Below, piece by piece: positions 35,692 to 45,274 of a DNA stretch of 45,274 bases. A program made the translations under genes and the position numbers. Within the stretch, counting starts at the first letter, position 1. Every line of letters starts with the position of its first letter. This DNA is from Mitosporidium daphniae (lineage: Eukaryota). The notes under the pieces were generated by a model that was not told the DNA's origin, ran no database searches, and saw nothing but the letters and a program-made list of their open reading frames with translations. The stretch is taken from NCBI RefSeq assembly GCF_000760515.2, contig NW_013546523.1, forward strand, positions 1 through 45,274, written 5' to 3'.

Positions 35692-36006
35692 CCTTCCAAC
35701 ATGCCAATAAAGAATGTTTTGTATTGCACTAACATTTCGAATACATAAGGGTGGCTCTTTATTTTCGAGTACATCAATTTCCATTTATTAGTTTGGAAAC
35801 GGCACCCTTGACTGTGCGTGGTCGGTGGCCAGCATTCAATGGCAACCACAACCTTTTAAAGTAAAGTAAGCAAACACTCTGAAAAATCGATTGCATACGA
35901 AAAAACGCCACATCGAAGTAAAGATAGATATTTGACGTGAGGCTCGCCTAATTGGATCCCATAAATGGTGGAGTAACGTATTTCGATCTAATCATTTATT
36001 TTACAT

Positions 36007-37055
36007 CTAAAATTTTCCATTGATGTTTGCAAAATCTGCATCAGAGTTACCGACATACTCTTCATCATTATATAACAGGATATTTGGAGCAAGAAGAGAA
36101 AATTCTAGGTCTTCCTTCGTAATGGAGTCCCAATATTTGTAAACCATCATTACCGATAGAAGGATAAGAGTATTTGCGAAAAACAACCCATCCATATAAT
36201 GGACCGACAGCTTACAAATGAGCGGGGATAGAAACCAGAAAATTGCCTGAGCAAGCAAGAAAAATAGAATACCAAAAAAGATATCACCTGCAAATAAGGC
36301 GAGACAGCATACCTAGTGGCCATCGGTCATCCATGGTCCTTAATACGAGAACAATTTGGATGATAACATATATCAGTAAACAGGCAAGATTAAATATGAA
36401 GAATATAATAAAAAGAAGAAGCGAAAATCTCTGAGAAAGGCCAAAGCTGTTAGTGAACGTTCCAAAGGCCACAACAGCGGAAACGGCCATGACACCTAGA
36501 GAGCTTAGTCGAATACCCTAAATGCTATATACGATCGGCCAATACCCAAAGCGATGCAAACGTCCCATCTTCAGCCCATTGATATGCAACAAGCCCATTC
36601 AACAGAAGCGACCAGAAACATGCGCAAACCAACGCCACATAAAGGGCAGCAAGATACTAAAAGATAGCGAGCATATTTCCGAACTGGATAGACAAAAGAT
36701 GTTGTCCCAATAATATTGGTCCCCAATAACATGTCAACTATAAGGGAAAGCATGTAAAAGTAGAAAAAAATAACGATCTCCTTTCTTCCCACGGCAATAT
36801 ATTTTCTTTTCACATTGTATATCATAATCATTGTCATGAAGATGGAAATGATGTCAATAATCAAAACGGCTACTTTTAGATGGATAAAATACCTGGCTGG
36901 AATAGCAAAAATCCGCCAATGTCGACATTTCTTGAGTAGCATTTGGGTTCTGGGAGATTCAGAGATGGGCAGACATTCAAGCATGACTGAAGACAGATCC
37001 AGGAAAACTCGCCAAATAGAAGGAAATTCGAACCTGAAGCTGGCTGAGCTGTCAT
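36007..37055 (-). CDS. CHS7: Chitin synthase export chaperone Chs7, multi-exon
   Basis: FGEFSWIC...PKCYSRNV...MIYNVKRKYIAVGRKEI, HYMDGLFF...VMMVYKYWDSITKEDLEFS. Confidence 0.93.
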
Positions 37056-37187
37056 GTATTTTAATGATCCAATTCTAAATAAATGTTCGCAAAAAAAGAC
37101 CTACGATGTTATGATCAGGCAATTCAATAAAGCTTTCAAACATCAAATTATAGATCAGCTTTTAATTTTTAATATTTAACCCCGTCG

Positions 37188-37505
37188 ATGGAATACCCAA
37201 ACACGAAATTTTCTTTAAAGTAGGTTGCCTGCTTGCAATAAATTGTTTTGATGCGCCTGCCATTTCATGTTTTAATCCCTAGAGGTTTGGTAAATGCCAT
37301 CAAGAAAACGTATCGCTACGAAGTGTCACCCCTCTTTTTCCTCGCTGCAGGAGTTACTATTCTTGCCGGTATACGCCTTGGAACTCTTCCGTTTATGAAT
37401 GATGTCAAAGAAACCCGTCCAGAAAGGACAGAATCACATTTTCTCAACGCTCTTCGTAAACAAGAACAGGCGTGTCAATCAACAGAAGGCACTGAGCATA
37501 GCTAG
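37188..37505 (+). CDS. Small single-TM protein, NDUFA4/COXFA4/B12D-like, intron 37220-37282
   Basis: KKTYRYEVSPLFFLAAGVTILAG...NDV resembles the EVYPLF + TM + D/EV pattern. Confidence 0.5.
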
Positions 37506-37564
37506 GCGCTTTAATTCGGCAATAGATTTTTAAGCTTAAATTTAAATTTTACTTTTTTTATTTG

Positions 37565-38058
37565 ATGAAGGGAAGTACCAACTCCAAGTTTCATCTACAG
37601 CGGGTTAAGCGGAAGATTACCGAGTTTTCCGCTTGCTCGATGAAAGACATATATGAGGAATTAAATAATGGTGCGCTGTCAGGTTTAATTTCCACTAAAA
37701 GTAACTCTGATAGGCGAGCCAACCAATCAAAGAGAAAGGAAAAAATACTTGCAGCAAAAGCTCGAGTCATTAGGTGCAAAGGTAGGCGTTTTGAAACGAT
37801 AACCCGTTTATTATAGCCACAACCGAACGCGAAAACCCCTTTTCGTATTTTGAAAGGAATCAGAGCAAAGCAGGCCAAAAGAACAGCCAGGCAAGCAGAA
37901 TTGGTATTGTTGCTTTTCATTTTCATTTATAGAAACGGCAAGGCGGGTTTGAAATTGGATCTACTTTGAGCGGCTCGGCCTTATCATACAAGGCAATTGG
38001 AAATACCAAGTCTCCCAAATTAACAGCAACCAAACGGAGGAGTGTTAATAAAAAATAA
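37565..38058 (+). CDS. Small-subunit processome factor, Faf1/C1orf131 (DUF4602)-like, 3 introns
   Basis: Spliced product ...RERKKYLQQKLESLGAK|PQPNAKTPFRILKGIRAKQAKR...; not visible in the ORF track. Confidence 0.7.
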
Positions 38059-38130
38059 TTAAAGTGCATACTTTATTTGTTGCTATCCATAGTCCTATTT
38101 AGAGCCCTATCCAGGTTTGTATTTAAAGGA

Positions 38131-39467
38131 ATGGCCGATGCACTCCCATCATTAAAGAAGCCTAGTACACGCATTGAAAAACGGGCTAAATTTGAACCAT
38201 TTTGCGCCGTGGATGCTGGGAAAAAGCTCGAAGGTCGCCCCGACATCGGACATCAACATATCTCACAAGACAAATCTGAAGGCCAATATGCTAGCTATGC
38301 TTCAAAGGATACTTTTCCGGGCCCTTTGCACACAAAAGACCATTTAACACGCCCAAAAGAAGAGCCTGCGCGTGGATGTGAAAGTAACCACCAATCCACG
38401 TCTGAAAATGCAACGAAACGTAAAAGAGAGGCGGTTTCGGCAGCTTCCCAAACTTTATCAGAGATTTCAGATCACTACAATAGCCTTCCAGAGCTTGGAA
38501 AGTTTGCCAGAAATGAATCCCGAATTTTTCATGTGCGTCAGTACAACAATTGGGTCAAAAGCGTGATGATTAAACAGGCAGCATCGATTTTTTCGACGCA
38601 AAAGGTATTTTCCACACCTATTGATGTTTTAGAAACTTTCCGTGCTGGATCTTTGTTGTGGAAAAGGAGGCGATTTAAAAAAGTGGGAACGGGTCCGTCC
38701 GTCACATTATTTGGGGATAGACATTGCGGAGGCTAGCATTGCAGATGCCAAAGTAAGGTTCTGTTCCAGTAAAGCAAGGATGAATGCATATTTTGATGTG
38801 GCTGATTGTTTTCATTCGCCCTTGCATATCAAAGCAGATGGCTCTGGGGCGATTCACGATCCTTCAGAACAATCTATGGCTCCGTTTTCATTTGATATTA
38901 TTTCTTGCATGTTTTCGTTTCACTATGCTTTTGAAAACGAAAGTTCTGTAAAGATGTCGTTGGAAAATGTTGCTAGGCATCTGAAGCCTGGCGGGATATT
39001 TATCATCACCATTCCAAAGGCTTCAATTATAGAGCAACTGAGAGATAAAGCAATCTCTACCAAGTCTTTTCCTCACATTACTGGAAATTCTTTATTTGAA
39101 GTCGAGTTTGATAAACACGAACTTGTAAACCGCGCCACAGATGGTGACTTTTCCACCATAAAGTACTACTTTTCTCTTAAAGAGGCCGTAAAAAGATGCC
39201 CAGAGTTCTCTGTCCCCATGGAGGTACTTTTTCCAATGGCAGCCTCAAATGGCCTAATCTNCGAATCTGAGATGGATTTCCTAAAGTTCTTTGATGATTA
39301 TAGGGACAATCCGGAATATCTTGGTCTTTTGAACCGCTTTCGACTGTTAGAAAGGAAAACTGGTGATTTGTGCTTGTCTACAGAGGAGCTGGAGACCGTC
39401 GGTAGGTAGACATTTAGCTATCTTTGTAGGCTTATATTCGGCGTTGGCTTTTATTAAGAAAAGTTAA
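38131..39467 (+). CDS. ABD1: mRNA cap guanine-N7 methyltransferase, 2 introns
   Basis: RIFHVRQYNNWVKSVMI, VLDLCCGKGGDLKKW, FSFHYAFE, CPEF. Confidence 0.95.
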
Positions 39468-39479
39468 GCGTGCAGCTTT

Positions 39480-39980
39480 CTAAGGCATTTTTTTAATTAG
39501 TAAATAAATTGAGGAGCCAACTGTCAATGCCCTCCAATGTTTAGGATCGCCCTTGAGTTTCATCAAGAGACCTCCGAACGAAACAAAAATGGACATGTGG
39601 CCTGAATTCGGGGATGCCTCTTCGGCCTTATAAATTTTGCCATACATTACGTAATCAAACTTATCTGCAAGCGACGTGCCAAGTCGAGTTCGAGCTGATG
39701 GTGGGAGCGAAAGCTCTGGATCGTAAAATCCCTCTGGAAGAATGGCTGCTTGGTTGGCTGACGCCAGCTTGTGATCCACAGCCCTGGGTGTCAAGGACGA
39801 GGAAAGGACGAGATGAAAACGATCCTTTTGGTTAAGGACATACAGTTCAGAGGCTACATCAAGAGAGAGGGAGAGTGCATAGTTTTCACTGTCACAAATT
39901 ATGCGGGAAACCCTGTCGAATTTCTTTCCCTCTGGGTCTACTTGTTTGACGACAAAAACCTCATCGCACAAATAGTCCAT
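39480..39980 (-). CDS. RPB8: RNA polymerase I/II/III shared subunit Rpb8
   Basis: GKKFDRVSRI, SLADKFDYVMYGKIY, SFGGLLMKLKG. Confidence 0.97.
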   Translation of the reverse strand: MDYLCDEVFVVKQVDPEGKKFDRVSRIICDSENYALSLSLDVASELYVLNQKDRFHLVLSSSLTPRAVDHKLASANQAAILPEGFYDPELSLPPSARTRLGTSLADKFDYVMYGKIYKAEEASPNSGHMSIFVSFGGLLMKLKGDPKHWRALTVGSSIYLLIKKMP

Positions 39981-40036
39981 AAAAATAAAATCTTGGCAAA
40001 GCTACGAATTGTAAATTATTTGAGATTTTAATTTAA

Positions 40037-43000
40037 ATGGCTCTGCCGAGAGCACCTGGCACCTCTGCATTACCAATCTTATCATTTCCCCCCACACCTG
40101 GCCCGTCGAATGCCAAGCCGGAATGCAATCCGAGGACTTCAAGTGACGGCATTTATCTGTTATCCAATCAGGATAAGCAATTGATCTCTGATTTGAAAGA
40201 ATGCATCAATGTCAAAATGTATGATACCGAGTGTAAAGAGAGCATATTGAACAAGCGAAAGCAAATTGGAGATGGTATCATTGCGTTTCTAACATCGAAA
40301 TTCTCGACGCTGTTTTGCCCCCTACCGATAACATCCACGGCATCCATTTTCGGTGTTTCCACCGATCCATGCAAAGGTTTTGAAGAATGTTTTCAGGAGC
40401 GGTTTATTTTATTTGATCTTTTGATATTTATGGTTCGGACGGGGCATCAGTATGCTGCTTCCATTAGAGAAGATTCCGTTTCTTCTGATCCATTGAGCAT
40501 AATTGACCTTGAAGGTAAAGACTCTGAGAACTCGTGGAGGACAATGTTTATTTTGCTTCTGTTTGATTTGTTTTTTGAGGACGAGGAGACAGATATGGAC
40601 AAAGCCCATGTTGGGACCAATTCACAAACAAAGTCCGTTCTCGTGCAAATGCTAAAAAGATTGTCTTGCGTTGAAGATGCTCTTTTGAAAGATGATCTCC
40701 CTTCAAATCTGGCGCCATCTGCCGATGCAAATATAAAATCTTCGCTAAACATTGAGCGTCTATATTTGGTGGAACTGATTTTCCATTGTTGCTCCAAGTT
40801 CATTCCTCTTAACATGAGCGAATGGGATACGTTGCTTTCCACGATATCGACATCTATTTCCAACATAACGGAAGAAAATCCGTTTGTCCGCGGGCTATTT
40901 CTGTTCTCGATCGTCAATGGGCTTGCTTTTCATTCTCCATATAAACCGATGTATGATTNGGTTCGTAGCCGTCTTCCCCACAGGCAAGACTACTTTTCTT
41001 CTAAACAACTTTGGGAATCTTGGCTCCGCAAAATGGAGGACTGGATTTCGACACACCTTTGGGCAGATGTGCTGTTCAAGCACTGCTTTTCACTTGGGTT
41101 TGCACTGTTTTTAAGAATGTCAAGAGAAGTTAGGACGCTAAAAGGAGGCCTTTCGCCGTCTTTAAANGAGACTTCTTCCTACATGGGAGCCATTGATTCC
41201 GAAAGCAGCGTTCCAGACTCTTTTGCCATCGAAGGCATTCAGGGAGAAAAGAGTCTTTTGTCGCCCAAAACACCGAGATCTCTCTTTGTAATGCTGACCG
41301 AAAAATTTCTTCCCTCTACCTTGGATATTTCTGGGGTTTCACCATGGGGATATGATTCGCAAATATCAGAGTCTGCGGTTGTCGTTTCAAAATGGGAAGG
41401 CTATGTTTGCGAATCGCTAATGCTTCTTTCCACTTCTATCCTCACGTGGGGCTCCTTTGATTGGATTAGAGGAGGAAAACAACAGAATCAGACCGTCAAT
41501 GTCTTAGCTTCATTTTGCGACATGATTGGGGCTATTTTTTCCTACTCTGCACTTCCGATTTATTCGCCTGCCGACAGAAGAAAACCATTTCTTGACATCG
41601 ATGCTTCCGTGGAGTCATTTTGGGAATCTGAAAAGGCAACTTTTTTCATCAGATCTACTCTCTCCTCAGTTGGATCCTCTTCACCCGAGCTTTCATCTTC
41701 CGCTTTAAGGATGTTGATTGGGCTAGCACACGGACCGATATCTTCCATCTATGCGTTTGATCTTCTTCAAAGGACATCGGAGTACTCCTCCTCTGTGCTC
41801 ACATGGAACAACCTGTTTTCTGCTTTAGAGAGGTACCATGTGACGCTGGCTCTGGAATCAGGTATGAAACATGATTTTCTCAAAACATAGGTGATCTATC
41901 TCCCTCCGAGACTGCAGCAATTGAGCTGATGTTTGCTCTTCTTCAAACCATTTGCAAGTATCAGCCAAGCTGTATAACCAAGTTATTGGTCGGTGACATT
42001 TCTGACACTGCGTCTCCATTTCTTTTCACGTTGTTTGGCATCATCTCTTCACACGTTCCCACCACCATTAAGGCACAGATTCTGATCTTATTGAGTGAAT
42101 GGATGCGGTCTGCCACGGAAGGACCATCAAATGCCTCGCTTTTATGGGCCCATTTGGAAGCATCACAAATAATTCCAACACTTGCAATGGATTCCATGAC
42201 CACCTCCTCCAATTCCATTGAGGAGGATCTTGCCAGTCCGTTGCCCGTCACACTTGGAGGCATTCTTCAAGAGTTTTACCAAATCGAGGCACCTGTGGGA
42301 ACTTATCCCGTTACGTACTCGCTTTTGCATCTTATTTCCTGCCTTGTTGGCCAGCGAAAGATCGATTCAAGCCTGGTCCTTTCACTTTCTTCTTCACTTG
42401 GTGTTGGATCGAGAAAATTTCCTGGATTGTGGCCTTACATTAAATTCGTTCTCAGTGGTGCTCTGATTCCGATTTGTACCGGTCCTTCTTTCCGGCTTTC
42501 ATTTTTGTACGCCGATGAAAAAATGGCAATGGTCGGCAAATGCGTCTCCATTATAACGGATATTTTGGAGTTGAACGTGATCCCGAGCTTCTATTCCATC
42601 CTCAATGCTACGGGGCTTTTGAGTATCTTCTTTGCAATCGGCACAATCCATGGAGAGGTCCTTGGCTTGCCCTCCTTAGATATCTGGTCTACACCCTCGA
42701 TTGAGGAATCACTGAAGCCGCTGATTATTGCTGACTGCCAAAGACATCCCGACATGGTTTCTCTCGACATGCTGCAATTTCTGTTTACCCAGTTAAAGGC
42801 CTCGAAATCTCGGTCTTCAACCCCCACCACGGCCCAGCTAAGCTATTCAGAGGAGACTATAATAATTGTTCGGCCGCACTTTCTTTCCATTCTGGCCCAA
42901 ATCATATCCACTAACAAAACGCTTGATTTGGTTTTGGTTTCCATCGATCTACTGAGAGAGCTTTTGCTTGTTCCAAAAGTGGAGTCCATCTTGCGGTCTG

Positions 43001-45203
43001 TATTGGGAAGTGAAGGAATGGAAAAATTTTCGATGGGCATTGCTCGCTGGTTTGGCGATATCCTTCTAATTGAAGATGATACCGAAACGGGTTCTCAAGT
43101 CACTACTAAGGTCAGCATCATTCGGGAAAACATCCTTTTACTGCTGGCATCCCAAATTGAGGATATACCTGTCCTTTCAACGCAGCGGGCCGTGTCTCCG
43201 ATTCAAATTAACATTAACACGACAGCCCTATTGCTGGGATTACATCGACCAGAAGAAGAGACTACTTTGTTGCTTATACGGCTAGTTTCTAGTCTTCTTC
43301 AAGGCGACTTTTCATCTTCCTCGCTGTTACACGCAATTTGTAAATCTTGGGGCAAATCGGAGATGCTTAGAAATGCAGGCGGTGATCCCCACTTGATTTT
43401 ACAGGCAATCGATAAAGCGTTTGCAAGCGACCATGGATCTCTTCCCTTATTGTTGACCAAAATAAGCGATGCTCTTCATCTTGTTGCATGGATGGTAAGG
43501 GACCCTCATGGAGAAACCGATCCACTTTTTCGATCTGGAGATACGCTTCACAATATCCTATCACAGTTACTATCCATTGTGCCGGCAAATAACCTGATTT
43601 CGCTGACCACGGCAAACGAGGGCTCAAGACCGGCCGCCGATTCGAAGCGTCAACAAATACACGATTTTTTGCAAGGCCATTCAAACGCATTGGCTGGGAT
43701 TTCCTTGCTTCTTCCAGAGCCTACAAGCGCAATTTCTGAGCTTATTGTGGATGCGCTTGTTGAGAGGGGAACCAGTTGGAGCATTAGCATCGTTGATACT
43801 CTTGCCGATATTTTGTCTCGTTGTGACTTCAATGATTGCTGTAACGGCAATTTCTTTAAGCTTTGTTCCCTATTTCCCTCGATTGCCCCCAGAAGCACGT
43901 CTGATTTTGCCGTGGGCCGCATATTTACGGCTTTGAATCTCGCCTTGTTCAAAGAATCTATTTCTTTGTCATTGCCATCAAGTGCCATTGATGGCCTTTC
44001 TCATGCAATATCGGAAAATTTTTCATCCAACAACTATATTGAAGCATGTCGGCTTGCTTGCACTATTTTGCTGGACTCTAGAAATATACCGGCCGTGGAG
44101 CAAATCTCAACATCATTGCGGCGCTTGTTGTCTGTGCCTTCCAAACTGGAGGAGTTGATCCGTGAGTCTTTGTTCCGGTCGGAAAAAAAAGACGAAACTG
44201 TGTTCATTGAGTTCATATGTTGTCTTTTTTCGGTGTTCAAGGATGACCCTCAAGTGCTGACGTGTATGGTCCAACTGCTAGCAAGTTCTGGATATCCATC
44301 GCACATTCATGATTTATTCAAGAATTCGCCCACTTGCTTGCAATTTATTCCGCTGCTTGAGGTTGCTTCCTACATGATCGAGTTCTCCTCTCTGGCTGGC
44401 GCTTCTGTGTCCACCACATTAAGATCTTGCATCGGACAGCTTCTCTCTGTTCCTCTTGAAAGACAACCGGATAAGGAAACATATTCCCTAATCATATCAC
44501 TTCGAATGGCCACCAACATAGTCAAGGGCATCTCCATGCTGCCTCAAAGCTCTGCTGCGGACTTGAAAATGATTTCCTCTCTTCACGAAAAGGCGATAAA
44601 TATCCTGCTATGGTTTTCTGCGCAATCTTCATCGTTAACGCTGCAGGTGATAAATCGGGAGGAAATTGATGCTCGTGTCAATATCCTTGATTTGTTGGTT
44701 GTTTTGGTCAGCTATTTTCTTTCCGCTCACAGGATCTTTACGCTCAATGATTCCTTTTCGGAGCTCCTTTCAGAGGGCGGTGGTAAGTTGCAAGTGCATA
44801 ACATTTTGATAGGTGCCCTGTTTAGGCCATCCCTGGATTCCGGTCTTGCAGGCAATAAGCGAGCGCCAGGTAAATTATGGCGAATGTTACCAACCAATAA
44901 CATCTAGGCCTTGGAACATTGTTTTCTTTGATAGACATATTCTATGCAAATATCACCACGGCCCCCAATGCCATCTGCGGCATGGAACAGGTTCTGATGA
45001 TCATTTGGTTTACCCTCGGTTCGCTATATAGCTACTCGAGCGCCATTCCTGCTTCGTTCTTCAGCGATTTACACGAGACTTTGTCCCCAAAGTTATACTC
45101 GATACTTTCAATAAGCAAGGAAAGGGGGCTGATATCATCATCGCTCCAATATTCCACAAGTCTTGCAAATGAAATTAAACAGCAATTTCTGTGCAAATAT
45201 TGA
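40037..45203 (+). CDS. NUP192: Nucleoporin Nup205/Nup192, introns 41862-41890 and ~44869-44907
   Basis: LTWNNLFSALERY, LWAHLEASQII...GGILQEFYQIEAPVGTYPVT..., LGVGSRKFPGLWPYIKFV resemble Nup205. Confidence 0.82.
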
Positions 45204-45231
45204 GTCGAAAATAAACTTTTAAAATGATCGA

Positions 45232-45274
45232 TGGATGGACTGGACTGGACTGGACTGGACTGGACTGGACTGGA
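45232..45274. repeat. (TGGAC)n pentanucleotide tandem repeat running off the window end
   Basis: Seven full TGGAC units plus partial flanking units. Confidence 0.95.

Noticed and set aside
37565..37926. Apparent long-range terminal stem suggesting an RNase P/MRP- or SRP-like RNA
   Set aside because: The region is fully explained as a 4-exon Faf1/DUF4602-like gene, and no conserved P4 or SRP motifs were found
176..45031. Numerous short antisense or alternative-frame ORFs in the track
   Set aside because: They are shadows of identified genes with no recognisable motifs
1..45274. tRNA, rRNA, spliceosomal snRNA, CRISPR or transposase genes
   Set aside because: No diagnostic motifs were seen by eye; divergent copies cannot be excluded without covariance-model searches

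Overview
Gene-dense eukaryotic nuclear DNA with about 27 protein-coding genes, intergenic gaps often only 7-60 bp, and many tiny GT-AG introns (mostly 23-40 nt). The combination of a fungal-type gene (Chs7), mitochondrial respiratory/translation genes (COX11, uL24m, mS29) and extreme compaction suggests an early-diverging Rozellomycota / short-branch microsporidian (Mitosporidium-like); this assignment is inference. Content in order: Dicer, LRR protein, TFIIIC large subunit, Rrp46, RPP1, POLE4/Dpb3-like, LUC7, small unknown, cofilin, two unknowns, CTDSP phosphatase, Rpn10, RPS23, Hda1/Clr3 HDAC, PITH, UMP/CMP kinase, uL24m, mS29, COX11, TRM2, Arp2, Got1, Mug135-like, Chs7, NDUFA4-like, Faf1-like, cap methyltransferase, RPB8, Nup205, then a terminal (TGGAC)n repeat. 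Best observations: (1) a 103-nt Rpn10 intron built from three back-to-back mini-intron units, implying zero-length-exon recursive splicing or a 29-nt poison exon; (2) an snR64/SNORD74-like C/D snoRNA in RPS23 intron 2; (3) a PAZ-containing Dicer whose helicase appears degenerate; (4) several structured non-coding islands in otherwise minimal spacers. Exon structures were inferred by eye and structures were hand-folded; no searches were run.
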